In this document: positions 1 to 12,941 of the stretch, piece by piece | Position numbering within the stretch: position 1 is the first letter of the stretch | Layout of the letters: each line of letters starts with the position of its first letter | From: Octopus sinensis | Taxonomy: Eukaryota | Direction of reading: 5' to 3' | Assembly: GCF_006345805.1 (NCBI RefSeq) | Contig: NC_042999.1 | Span: 139,066,001 to 139,130,000, forward strand | Length of the DNA: 64,000 bases | Translations under genes and position numbers: made by a program | The notes under the pieces: generated by a model | Seen by the model: the letters and a program-made list of their open reading frames with translations, nothing else | Told to the model about the DNA's origin: nothing | Database searches by the model: none

Positions 1-205
1 TAATTTTTTTAATTTATATAAAATTTTTTATGTATTGGATTAAGTCTTTCTTTGTTTGATTTGCATAATAGTGGTTTTGTCTCTAATTAATATTATATAA
101 TATTTTACTATAAAATTGGATTCAATCCTAAATCTGATTTTTCCCTGTAAATTTGGATTTATTCCCTAATATTTATTATTATATATGTATATATATATAT
201 ATATA

Positions 206-1022
206 CGAGCAAAACGCCCCCCCCCTTGTCATATGGACGGTGCTGAGTTGTCAAATATCTAAACCAAATTTTCTCAAAACAGCTTGTCCGACCGTCCCAT
301 AGGCCTCCCCTTTGAGAAACACTGATTTAACCTAAATTTGAGACACCAAGAAAAGAAGAAAAAAAAAAAGACTTTTTTTCTATTCCAAAGAAAAATGATT
401 TTATGCACACAAATATGCAACCGAAGAGTTTAAAGTACCAGTAATGATAAGGCTGTTGACCGGGAGAACACAAACATGGTTTAAATAGTAAGCTTGGCAG
501 GAAAGAAACGTGCCTTTAAGCAGTATAAAAACAACAAAAAATGGAAGGTTGACGGAAGAAAAACAGGACAAAAACGATGCATGCAAATGGGTTAGCTGGA
601 GGTAAATCTAGATGGAAAAGCATGATGAATTTATGAGAACGTACCTGGGACAATAATAAGTTTATCCGATAAAACATGTAGGAAATCAACTTGGGGCGAT
701 TTTTGATGAAAAGCAACTACCTAGGGAGCTAAGTAACTAATTTTAAGCTAATTTACTTTACGGGATGTTCAAGGGCATGGAACAGTTAGTGGAGCGCAGC
801 CTTGTAAACCACATTCCTGATGTACTTGCGCATACAAATGCACGTTTCCACGGCTTTATCGATCGCATTCTCACCTGGAATCGATTTTTGTAATTTTTTC
901 AAGACTTATACACGCCCTGATACCGTCGGTATCTACATATCAAATTTAAGCGCAATCGGATGGAGGATGCCCGAGATCCTAGAAGACACACACACAGATA
1001 GAACGGATTTTATATATATATA
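206..1022 (-). mobile_element. Non-autonomous Helitron-like element, longer copy
   Basis: Both ends (206-~345 and ~815-1015) closely match the element at 29811-30195. The minus strand ends ...TTTTGCTCG|T after a degenerate hairpin, and its 5' end runs into (TA)n. It has a ~470-bp middle section absent from the second copy. Confidence 0.65.
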
Positions 1023-1046
1023 TATATATACATACCTTTTTTAATC

Positions 1047-1240
1047 CTTTTACTTGTTTCATTGTCTGGCTGCGGCCATGTTGGAGCACCACCTTGAAGG
1101 GTTTTAGTCAAACACATCGACCCCAGGACTTATTTTTTAAAACCTAGTACCTATTCTATCGGTTGATTTTGCCGATCCGCTAGGTTACAGTGATGTAAAC
1201 ACACCAACCTCGGTTTTCAAGCGTTGATAGGACGACAAAC
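1047..1240 (-). mobile_element. SINE family A, 3' half
   Basis: Reverse complement of the tail GGTGCTCCAxCATGGCCGCAG...TGAAACAAGTAAAAG and of the body shared with 37654-38058 and 38800-39209. Confidence 0.8.
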
Positions 1241-1321
1241 ACACACATAAATATATACGTATACATACATACAAACACACACACATAGATACATACATAT
1301 ACATACATACATAAATACATA

Positions 1322-1401
<80 letters not shown>
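1241..1401. repeat. Compound (TACA)n/(CA)n/(TA)n microsatellite
   Basis: Directly visible. Confidence 0.95.
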
Positions 1402-1405
<4 letters not shown>

Positions 1406-1525
1406 GTTGTTCGGAAAGTTCGTGCCGGTTTATAGTAGCTTACCTTTCGACTTATTTTAGAACATGTTTGAGTCCATGAAATAGGATTTGACTACACCTC
1501 CATTTAGAACAAAGTCTAAGCTGTC
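1402..1525 (+). mobile_element. Mariner-type terminal fragment (one TIR end)
   Basis: TA followed by TTGGGTTGTTCGGAAAGTTCGTGCCG, which resembles mariner TIRs. No partner TIR was found. Confidence 0.55.
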
Positions 1526-1733
1526 GTTGATTTACTGAGCACATCGTTTTTTTTTGAACCTGTGAATAGTTGTTTTGTTTGGTTTGCTTTTGTGAATAAT
1601 ACTTGTTAATTGCTGTTGTTGAACTTTGTCTGTTTTGTGACAGACGAAAAAACTGTTGTTCCCCTTTGTAAAGGGGCGGTGGGGGGATAATTACATTTTG
1701 TATACACACAAAAATTTCTGTTTGAAATAAAAA

Positions 1734-3297
1734 ATGATGAATAGTGAAGATTCGTCGTCTTCCAGTGTAACTATTGAAGAATCGTTTTCTTCCAGTCAAA
1801 AAAGTGTAACTATTGAAGATACGTCTTCGAAAAGTGGAGGTAAAATAATGAATGTTAACGAAAGCACAGACTCGGAAAAAAAGGATACCCCAAACGCAAA
1901 CCAAAAAAAGTACACCTTCGCAGCTGCGGCTGAACTTAAGAGAGAAGTCCTATGCATTCATAACAATAAACTGATGAAACACAAAGATATGTATACCAGG
2001 GAGGGGGTCGATGCAAGGGCCGCCCTCCGAAATGAAATTATTCAGAAAACACAAAAGAGAATCATTACATTCAAATCATTTATTATAAAAGAGAAAAAAT
2101 AGAAAAATCAACTAGCGAACAAGTTCAGATGTGTCTGCAGCCAATTTGGCAAGTTATTGAATACATTACAAGAGGGAAAAATACGCAACCGTTGTAGTTT
2201 ACTTCAAAGAAGAAGAAAGAGCAAAAAAAAGCATTCACTTCAGCCAATAAAGACAAACGAAATAATATTACTGCCTACATAACTAGGAAGACAGACTGCA
2301 AAAATAAAAATTGAAGAAATCCCACCAGAAATAGAAGTGACATGGTTGCTTCCAGCCCTATTAATGGGGCTGGAGGATAAAATAACCATTATAGAAGCAG
2401 TTAAAATTTAACAGCAAAACTGGCGGGGTCAGGGTCTAGAAGTGACTATTCAGGCGGCTCCCACAAAACTTAGAAGAAATAGTAGAAAATATTCACTTGG
2501 GCGAGAAAACTACATTGCGAGTGGTGGTAGTGGGGCGAAAACCCCGTTGCTATGAATGTGGCGAAAAAGGCCACATTCGAGCAGACTGCCCCACCCGCAA
2601 GGAGGAAGAAGAAAAAAGGAGAAAAGAAGCAGAAGAAGAAAAACAGAAAGAAAGCCAAGACTCCGGCACCAAGCAGGCCGAAGAAGAAACAGACTTTGTC
2701 CCAGTAAGACAAAAGAAAACACCATAAAGGAGGAACAATGACTTAACCCCACCCATCCCCAGCACAAACAAGAAAAAAAAAGCATCACAGCAAACACACA
2801 GAAAAACCCACCCCTCCCCACCGCGGCTCCCCACAGAAGTCAAAAAATGTACCCCCCCCATCCAATTCCGGATACCTGACGATCTCAGTGTTGAAGACTT
2901 TCTTCCCCTCCCGGTCTCCACCCCTACAACACCCCCGTCCACCCCATCCACCCATCCACCCCCATCCACCCCATTCACCCTATCCACCCCATCCACCCCA
3001 CCAAGTGTGGGTGTGTTGTCTCCACCAACTAGTCCCCAAAAAGGAGAAATGACCTTTCAGATTGTTTATATGGCCATCAACAAGAAAAACGACCAAGTAA
3101 TAAAAAGCATTCAAAACATTCCATCAGCAGAACAAATTGTAACCCACTGAACATTGCCAAAACACATTGACATTTTTAAGAAAGACAAAATGAACTTTAA
3201 TATATTAAAAGCTAACTTTCCATCTGACATATGTGGTCCGAAATTAGATTTACATGAATCCTTGTATGAGGGCTTATGTCGGAACACCACCCCATGA
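1734..3297 (+). pseudogene. LINE ORF1 (gag-like, zinc knuckle), frameshifted
   Basis: ORFs 1734-2102 and 2497-2727 plus a Pro/Ser/Thr-rich segment with CCATCCACC repeats (~2935-3002). Confidence 0.75.
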
Positions 3298-3336
3298 ACC
3301 CCGGAAAAAGGAAAGACTGCCGAATAAGGTAACTCA

Positions 3337-5410
3337 ATGTCTCGCATTCATGTAGGGGACATAAATGTGTGTGGCCTGATGTCGAGCTGGAAGCTAGGGC
3401 GCTTCCTAAATGACATCAGGTCACAGGATTTAGATGTTGTTGCTACAGAAACCCGGTTGAAGAGGCCAAGAGATCTGCTCCCGCTGTTCAGCGGTTACGA
3501 GAGGATTTTCTCTCCGAGCCGTCCTCCCAGCGGAAGTGGGGTGTTAGTCTTGTGGAAAAAAACCGGGTTTCTGAGAGAAAGTTAATTTTTTCAGATCCAG
3601 AAGATAGGCTGGTCGTCGTTGACTTGACATTCAGCAGTTGTAAGACTATCAGACTGGTTGCGATTTACGCGCCCCGATATTCAACGGGGCAAAGCGAATA
3701 TTTTCGGAACCTGGAGAAGTTCCTTAGTACATCGCATCCTTTAGTTTTACTAGGAGACTATAACACAATCTACGATGCGCCCGTACATTATGTTGGCTCG
3801 TATTCAGATGCTTGGTTCCTGGATCTACTAAGACGTTTTGAGCTGGTAGATCCATATAGGCTGGAATATCCGAACGCTCCATTTTGGACATGGTCAAACA
3901 GCGACGGATCTTCCAAGACGTACATAGATGGGATATTAATTAGAAAAATAGATACAAAAATAGCTAGGTGTCCACAGTTTCACAAGATGGTCACATGTAG
4001 GCTCGATATAGATAAGTTATATAGAGGCCCCGGCTCTTAATACGTCCCTTTTGGCGATTAAGCAGTACAGAGACCGGATTCAGTTGTTGATTCAGAGGGC
4101 ATTAACCGGATCTATTATTAACAACAAATGGTGGTATGCCCTCAATCGAGCCATTAAATATGAGTCTATTATATATAGCATATGTTTAGTGGCTAGAGAG
4201 GCTAGAAGGGAATCAGCACTAGTTAAGGACTTAGAAGAAGCAATGCGAACTGGCACTGCGGCACAGGTGAGGGCCAAGAGACTGGTTTTAGACCAGCACC
4301 TCGAAGCCAAACACATGGGTTGCATCGTCAGGGCTACACAACGTGTAATGGGGAGTGAAGGAATTAATGCCGCGGGATAGGCCCGAGTGGTGGTAGCCCA
4401 ACTTGGTAACGATGCCACAATTCGTTCTTTGACGAACCAACAAGGTAAGTTGATAGACGAGCCCGAGGAGATGTGTGAGGCTTTTCAGGACCACTTCGCT
4501 CAGCTCTTTGGGGAGGGCGGCGGACCGGATAGGAAGAGGGGCCTAACGGACTTCCTCGACGGGCTGCCACGCCACTCGGGGCCGGATGCGAAGTGTATTG
4601 AGAGGCTGATCACGCCTGGGGGAGTAATAGAGGCCATGACTGACTGCGGCGCAGGTAGGGCGCCAGGACTGGATGGTCTACCCTACAAGGTATATAAAAG
4701 TATGCCGGACTTGTTTGGGCACCTGCTGGCGAACGTCTACGCGAACTGGCAGCAGAATGGGTTTATTCCCAGATCTGTGCGTCGGGAAGTGGTGACGCTA
4801 GTCAGAAAGGACCCGGACAAGGGGGGCGTCATTGATAAATTTAGGCCCATCACTCTGCTGAACGCAGAGCTGAAGATTTTGGCCAAAGTGTTATCAAAAA
4901 GATTGGCGCGTGTCGCGGATGGACTAATCGGTGGGGGGGGGGAGGGGCACAGACATGTGTCGTACCCGGCAGATCCATCCAGGATAATCTCCATCTTATA
5001 CGATACACTATAGAGGGAATTAATAACGATTCCGGCAAGGGAGGGGCAGTGGTCCATATAGTCCAATCAAAAGCTTTTGATAGGGTCGACCATCATTACC
5101 TGGTGTCCGTTCTGGAAGAGTTTGGCCTAGGTATTGACTTCCTCAGGTGGGTCATTCAAATGTATGAAAACGTCGACTCGGTAGCTCGGGTGAACGGCTT
5201 TCTGTCTAAGCCGTTCAGCATCAAATGCTCGGTTCGTCAAGGGTTTCTGCTCTCACCGCTTTTGTATGTAATGGCTCTTGAGCCATTGCTGCGAAAACTG
5301 AGTGGCATCCCGAGACAACTATGTTGTGGAATGTCGGTTTCAGCTTACGCGGATGACATCACTATCATCGTAACCGAAGTGGACCTCCTACGTAAGATAG
5401 ACAATTTCCT
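3337..5410 (+). pseudogene. LINE ORF2 (APE endonuclease + reverse transcriptase), disrupted
   Basis: ORF fragments 3337-3585, 3552-4040, 4051-4380, 4387-5013 and 5049-5447 are collinear pieces of one EN-RT protein. Confidence 0.88.
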
Positions 5411-5860
5411 TTTGACCCATAACCCTTCTAGGTTACAAAGAATTTAGACAAATAAAATAAGTTACCCCACAGGTGACTAGTCACAGTTACAACGGTACCC
5501 TCTTTTTCTGGCTTGTCGGCATACTTATAAATACAAGCAGTTCCGAGCAGACCAGAGAGGTAGACACAGAGGGAGAGAGAAAATAAACCTGCGTGGCGGT
5601 TGGCAACTATGGTGTTTCACCATACAACTTCAGTCTCCTGTCTCTCGCGTGTTCACTAGCGCCGTTCTAATAAACACCACTCTCTTTCCTGCTGCTAGAA
5701 CGACGAGAATATGAACACTTAAGAACATACACTCTTATACAAGAAAATACGACTTTGTTTTACCTGGTGTGCTTTACGATTGATTTATTTTGTACACACT
5801 TACCCGTCGTGGTTAGGAAATGATTATATGTAGCGGTGCAATAAAATATATGGTCTACAA
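5411..5860 (+). mobile_element. LTR-like dispersed repeat, copy 1 (5'-truncated)
   Basis: Shares blocks with 46527-46960 (same orientation) and 15786-16364 (opposite), e.g. TTGACCC..TAACC.CTTCTAGG. Has a TATA-like TATAAATA, AATAAA, and ends ...CTACAAC. Confidence 0.4.
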
Positions 5861-5942
5861 CTTGGGCCACTGTCCTTATTTCTTGAAGTCCAACACAACG
5901 ACAACCACATTATCTTTCTCCTCTTCAACATAAGCAATACCC

Positions 5943-5962
5943 TTTACATACGCACACACTCA

Positions 5963-6004
<42 letters not shown>

Positions 6005-6057
6005 ACACACACACACGCACACACACACACACACACGCACACACACACACACACACG

Positions 6058-6099
<42 letters not shown>

Positions 6100-6125
6100 C
6101 ATACACGCACCCCCCCCCCACACAC
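5943..6125. repeat. (CA)n microsatellite
   Basis: Directly visible. Confidence 0.95.
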
Positions 6126-6539
6126 GTGTGTCTCCTTCATAAACTCGTCGTCCTCGCGTTCAGAATATTTTTTCTATCGTCTCGACTTAACAACCCTCAC
6201 CGTTTGTTTTTCCTGTTTTGTTCTCACCGTTTGTTTTTATTGTTTTATTCTCACTGTCCTGTTCTTGTTACCAATTTCACCCACCGCAAAAAATTCCAAA
6301 TTTTATTTAATTTGCTTTGCAGGAAGGACTGTTTCAACGAAGTCGCGTCTTGTCCTTTCCCTCGAACCGTGGAGTAGATGAAACAGGGACAACTGAAGAA
6401 GGGGAATATTCTTTATGTTTCTCTCTGTGTTTTTCTTCGTTGTTCGAAAAAAATGTTCGTTTCTATGTTTTTGTTTTTATGTTTTCGTTTCTCATTGTGT
6501 TCAACTTTTTTTTTGATGTCCTGTACTCATATATGCATG

Positions 6540-6629
6540 TGTATATATACATATATATGTAGGTATGTACATATGTGTATGTATATATGCATATATTTAT
6601 ATGTATACATACATACATACATACATACA

Positions 6630-6725
<96 letters not shown>

Positions 6726-6732
6726 TATATAT
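6540..6732. repeat. (TACA)n/(TA)n microsatellite
   Basis: Directly visible. Confidence 0.95.
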
Positions 6733-7039
6733 AAAAGGAAATGAAGAAAATGCTGACAAATAATTGAAGTAATTTAAGTAATTTAATTAGGTGAAAGTTC
6801 TTTTTACCGGTTGCGCATTTGTTATGCTTATCAAAATATAAAAGAGAGATTAGAGTTCCTTTCTTATAGAATTTTTCCTCTTATCAGATAAGAGGAAAAA
6901 TTCTATAAGAAAGGAACTCTAATCTCTCTTTTATATTTTGATAAGCATAACAAATGCGCAACCGGTAAAAAGAACTTTCACCTAATTAAATTACTTAAAT
7001 TACTTCAATTATTTGTCAGCATTTTCTTCATTTCCTTTT
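6733..7039. repeat. Perfect inverted repeat: two 153-bp arms with a 1-nt spacer at 6886
   Basis: 6733-6885 is the reverse complement of 6887-7039; the centre reads CCTCTTATC-A-GATAAGAGG. Confidence 0.95.
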
Positions 7040-7075
7040 TTATATATCACCACTCGTGTTCGACATCTCCTTTTT

Positions 7076-7158
<83 letters not shown>

Positions 7159-8127
7159 TAATTAACACGAAGCATAAGGATGCGCGAAGTATCAACCTGT
7201 TTAGAAATAGGAGTTAAAGTCCCAATTCAACCGCCGAAAAAATCCCACCATAATAACAGAAAATAACAGTATGCGAGGAAACGCATAAAGAATTAAGAAA
7301 TTAAGAATTAAGCATACCAATAAGGATTATGCCATTTAGATGCTCATATACCATAGATTCGGGTGCTGGCCCAATGGGCTTCAACCATCTTCAGTATGAA
7401 TTACTGGATACAAACTTCTAAATCCGTCACGTTATAAGTCCATTAGCGTTCTGGTTTGTTTTGCACCGAAAGCAACCCATATGGTACAAATATATTTATG
7501 AGTAAATATTCGAATTCTTACATACGAAATAAGATATTACTATTGTTAATATCTGTAACTGATAATATTAACAATAGTAACATAGGCGGTTCCAAGTTTA
7601 ACAGCATTATATAGCTATAAAATTTTAAAATATGCATGAAGCATAATATGTATATATATGTATATTGTATATATATATAAATGGAATAAAAACGCAATAG
7701 AAGGCATTAAATCATTCGGACAGATAGACGATACAAAGGCGGACAAGAGAAACTACAATTAGAAGGACAGATAAAAAAAAAACGGGTCATTTTTGGCTTT
7801 CTGTCATCAGTCAAGTTCCAGAAATCACGACCATTTCAGGCAGTTACACTTGAGATAGTTCTATCGGGTTGTCCTCACCAAAAAAGTCTAAGCTAACAGC
7901 ATTAGACCCTTTGTACGAAAGCCAGCGAATGTGTACGGCAACAAAGACAAAAAACAAACAAACAAGTGCATTGCTTTATTAAACATTCATAGATCATTTG
8001 AAACAACCATAAAAGGGAGAGCCGCTTACATGTCATCATATATATATATATACTATACGCATACGCACTCACACATACACATACATACACACATATATAG
8101 ATACACATACATATATATGCATACGTG

Positions 8128-8214
<87 letters not shown>

Positions 8215-8269
8215 TTATCTATATATGTATATACACGTATATATGTACACACACACATATGCATGTAGC

Positions 8270-9480
8270 CCAAAATTATCCGTACTTTCGCTGAAACTTT
8301 CTTTAGGTTGGCTGCACAGCCTTCAGTGTTCGCATGTTAAAAGGTAAGTACTCTTGTGTTTATGTAACCGAGGTTTGACCTTGATCGCTCCAATTTTCTT
8401 TCCTGTGTTACAGAGTAAACATGACCGCTCTGCAGCCAGTGTGCACCAAGGAAAAATAGAGGACAACTTTCAGTACAACACGGGGACAGAACTTTACTGC
8501 ATAGAAGTATGTATGAATGGAAATATGTATAAGAATTTAAATAATGGCCGAACAAGTGTGAAGCACAAAAAGGGAGCAGGACGCCTATCCACCAATACCA
8601 CTGACGTAAAGATTTAACAAGCTCGAGGGATGGTTCTGGAGAATCGAGGAGTGACTGTCGAATAAGTGGCATGTTCTCTGCAAACTAATCATAGTTCAGC
8701 ATACGAAATCATCAGCGACAAGATTTGCTACTGTAAAGTCTGTTCGAGATAGCTGATAAGAGAGCTTATCGAAGCGCACAAGTGCAATCGTGAAGATCTG
8801 TTATCGCTTACTCGACATCTACCACGATGCAGGCGAAGCTTTTTTTGGGGAGGATACTCACAAGTAATGAGACCTGGGTTCATCACTTTCAGCCAGAATT
8901 CAAAAGTCATGGTATGAAGTGGAAATAACCGGAATCGCCAGCGCAAAAGAAATTCAAGATTCAAGTTTTTGCAGGAAAAGTGATACTAAACGCTTTATTG
9001 GGACGCAAAAGGACTTATGCTTGAAAAAGGGGGTTACAGTCACCAGTGTGGGCTATAGTGATGTGCTGGTCAACAAACTGAAACCAACAATTCAGACCAA
9101 ATGCCGTGGTCTATTGTCAGAGAAAGTGTCATTGTTTCTCGAAAATGTACGCACACATACGACCGCTCACACCGTTGAAACCATTTAAAACTTTGGATTT
9201 GAGTTGCTGGAACTCCCTGAATGGAATCTAGATCTCGTTCCTTTCGATTATTCCTTCTTTAGACCGTTCAAATATCCTTTGCAAGGTCGTTGATTTGCTG
9301 CGAAGAAGCAGTGAAAGCGGTGCATACATGACTGCACGACTAGTCGAAAGACTTTTCTGACGGAAGAAGCAAGCTTGTGGAGCGACAGAAGAGGTCCGTT
9401 GAAAAGCAAGGAGATTAATCCAAGAAATGATGTTATTGTCCAGCCAATACTTTTGTTAAAAAAATACAGAAACTTTTAAC
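8270..9480 (+). mobile_element. Degenerate mariner transposon
   Basis: Transposase fragments GRTSVKHKKGAGRLST (HTH linker) and KKGVTVTSVGYSDVLVNKLKP...RGLLSEKVSLFLENVRTHT (catalytic region), with many stops. Confidence 0.8.
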
Positions 9481-9489
9481 ATCATCTCC

Positions 9490-9720
9490 TTCTAAATAGT
9501 CACATTGCGCTGCAATACAACAGTATCAGCGTTCCTGCCACTTTTGGAATCCGCCCTAGAAGTCGTTTTCCGTAAGTGAGTTGAGGACCTTTTGCAATTC
9601 GTTCTGGATCTCGACAACAACGTTAAAGCGGCGATCTTTTTTATTTTGGGAAAGAGATGGAAGTCCGCAGGTGCTAAATTTGGCAAATAGGGTGGTTGCG
9701 GAAGCGATACCATGTTTTTG
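9490..9720 (-). mobile_element. Mariner transposase C-terminal fragment
   Basis: PQPPYLPNLAPADFHLFPKIK matches the mariner YSPDLAPxD motif. Confidence 0.8.
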
Positions 9721-12057
9721 CCGAAAAAAATAATTATTTATTACATTATTTTGTTTTTTTCCTTATAAATGCAAAGAAATTTTGTTGCTGAATACCACAT
9801 TGTATATGCATTCCCAATTTTAATAAACGTTCTGGTGAAAAAATGCACGATTAAGGTGTGTGTTTACATCACAAACATACACACACACACATACGCACGC
9901 ACGCACGCACACACACATACACACACATACACAGACACACTTATCCATTTGAATGAGTCACAAACTTACATCTCGAATACATTGGGTCAATGTCCTAACT
10001 AATGAATGTGTGCGGCCACCTTTGTTACTGCAATGTAAGTGTTACGACATTTGACCTCATCTTGTTTACATTTTCCAAAAATGATATTATATTCGGCAAG
10101 CTGTTATGGAGCAGCTGTTAGGAAGTAGCTGTTAGGAAGCTGATAAGGCTCTTACAAATGTTGAAACTAGTCGATCCGATCTATCCTGTTTGCTGAGACT
10201 CTTGTGCTTTAATCACGTGGTCTATTTTCACTGCAAGGCTAGATATGCTTGTTTATAGAATATACCGTTGTAACTTTGTTTACAAAACTTTACTTGCATT
10301 GATTTGAATTGTTATTTCATAGGGTGGCTCTGTAAATGACAGACTATGAATTATCTGTACACCCACTCCTCTTCTTTTGATTAATGAGCTTCGTGAAATT
10401 TGAGCTGCGAAAATTGGTTACAAAACCGACTTTAAGCGTCGAAAAATAATAAATGGTCAACAAAATTGAGAAAGGTTTATAAAGATTTCATAGAAAAGTG
10501 AACCTTCATGATAGGTCTAAGCAAGAAATTGGCTTTTATCTAATCTCAAAACATTTTAATTGTATTTCAACAGTACCTTTCCGTCGCAAAATTGATTAGT
10601 GAATGACTCTTGTTGGACTTGCGTTACAATTTCCGCATGCTTCATAGAACCGGTATAATCTAGCAGGCTGTAGATATCTTTCCATCCATCTCATTATGCA
10701 ACCAGATTAACTGTACTTGAACGATAACATATCTTCCATCAATGAGGAAATACATCATATCAATATGACAAGTTAAATGGACTTTCACCAATGAACTTTT
10801 AATGCATGCTTCGTTGTTTGACATCAAGTGACAATACTGTTGATAAACAGATTAACTTTTTAGCAATCTCTAACGCTTAATACTCTGCTGTCTATTACGC
10901 ATTGTATGAAATAAAAATGAAAATATGATTCAATTGGTAGATCTTATCTAAAGGTTTATGAAGATTTCGTAGAAAAGTAAACCTTCATGATAAGTCAAAG
11001 GAAGAAAGTGGCTTCTATCTAATCTCAAAACCTTGAGCCTTGTCATTCAATATCTTAGGGATTGTCAACAATTCCGTGATCATATCTATACATTTGATTT
11101 AGTCGTGATGTATAAAAATCTATTTATATCTTTTATACTATGTCAAGAAGTTCATAACTATAACTTTGTTGTTATACCGAGGTATAACAACAAAGTTATC
11201 ATGCACTGAAACCTCAGTTTCTGGGCCTAGAATAACATTTGCTATTTCATTACTCTGAAATGGATGTCGTTATTGAAACAGTGCCCCACCTGTTCTCTTT
11301 ATCCTCTCCGAACATGCATCTGCGCAGATTATTTTCCTATTATAATGTCTAGGGAAAACAGCTCTAGTCATTATTGGTTTCAGATTTTGGCACAAGGCCA
11401 AACCCTAGTCCTTATTAGCAGGTATTCAATTAAATTCATCAATTGTAAAAAGAAAAAAAAATCAAACGATTTTGTAAGGGTCTGTTTGGAAAATCTATGC
11501 AGAATATTTATCACATGGAATACCTGACAAATTGTCATCAAATGGTAGACCAGAATTCACAACTTCATCAACTAGAGACTTCCTTAACTTTTGCTGTGTT
11601 CGTTATCATCTTTCATCAGTCGCTTATCCATACAGCTAACTCTGAGATAGAATGTGAATGGAAATGATAAAACGCATTATCCCCAACAACAATAGCTCAA
11701 GTGATGAACTGGATATGTCTCTCTTCCAGTAGCGAAGCAACAACACCAGATATACACACTGTCACCAGCACTGTGTATATTTGGATGTCTAGAAAAGGAT
11801 TTCATGCCTATATTATCTGTCCAAAAATAAACTTCGTAACTCACAGCCTGAAACACTCTTTGCAAAGGAAGAAACTTTTCTCAATCTGCCAATTAATATG
11901 ATGGAACAACTTTTGTAATATACCAAACACCTTCCACGCTTGTTGGAGATAAATAACTAGTGGAAGATGTTCGGTATGTTTTACTGTGCACTTTGTTTAG
12001 TTTTGTTTTTCACCTTTTCGGGACCAATAAATGAAATAAATCTCGTATTGCACTCAA

Positions 12058-12060
12058 TTT

Positions 12061-12148
<88 letters not shown>

Positions 12149-12297
12149 TTTTTCTTTCTTTCTTTCTTTCTTTCTTTGTCTCTCTCTCTCTCTCTCTCTC
12201 GATCTGTCGGTCTGTCTTTCTCTTCCACCACCTCTCTCTTGCCCGCTCTCTCTCTTGCCTTCTCTCTCTCTCATTATCTCTCTCTCATTCTCTCTCT

Positions 12298-12337
<40 letters not shown>

Positions 12338-12345
12338 CTCTCTCT
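12058..12345. repeat. (TCTT)n/(TC)n microsatellite
   Basis: Directly visible. Confidence 0.95.
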
Positions 12346-12941
12346 GAGTCAGCTACGTTGCAGAATAAATGACTTCATAAAAAAAAAACACGAAGAAAAT
12401 ATGCTAAACATACAAGCTGTAAGTTGAAACTAGTATCTTTCTTATTTATTTATTGCTCTATCAGTTGCTGATCTTGAATTATTCAATTTTGGGGAATTTG
12501 GTAAAATAGGACTTTGTAATTTACTTTTATCTCCAATAATAAGTAGTGAAAGTTGTTTGGTGTGTTTACTCGTCCCACCAAATTTAGCAAACTTTATAGT
12601 CACACACACAGACACACACAAGCGAGCGAGTAAGCAAGCAAGCAAGCAAGCAAGAAAAGGAAATACAAAAGGTATCAAAAAGATTATGATGGAAGCAAAA
12701 TTACTGATGAAAATCAGTTTAAAATTCAGCTTGGTGCTTTCGTACCTTCGCTGCCACTCGATGGAGATGACATAAACGAATGTATGTGTCTTTGAAGGAA
12801 ACAACGCACAAAATAACAGAAGAAACCGCCATTTAAAAAGGTTGCAAACTTGTAACATGCCTTACTATTAGAAATAAAGACATGCTGTGAACGAAGACGA
12901 ATAGCTAGAACAGAAACGTCGAACAACCCAGAAAGTTATAT

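Larger units (their letters stand above)
1550..5410 (+). mobile_element. Degenerate L1/Tx1-clade non-LTR retrotransposon, 3'-truncated
   Basis: ORF1 pieces from 1734 to ~3297 include a CX2CX4HX4C knuckle (CYECGEKGHIRADCP). ORF2 pieces from 3337 include APE motifs (GDINVCGL, ATET, LLGDYN, TYID) and RT motifs (APGLDGLP, FRPITLLNAELKILAK, KAFDRV, VRQG..LSPLLYVMALEPL, YADD). Several stops and frameshifts are present, and the sequence ends ~60 nt after YADD. Confidence 0.9.

Noticed and set aside
1452-1904. 150-aa minus-strand ORF
   Set aside because: It is the antisense of the LINE 5' UTR/ORF1 plus the mariner end.
6390-6420. CTGAAGAAGGGGAATATTC as a hammerhead core
   Set aside because: No closing stem II followed by GAAA.
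7537-7580. 16-bp AT-rich inverted repeat
   Set aside because: Short and low in complexity; not clearly beyond chance in this composition.
7785-7830. Minus-strand CTGATGACAGAAAGCC as a second hammerhead
   Set aside because: The GAAA core and stems are too degraded to support a call.
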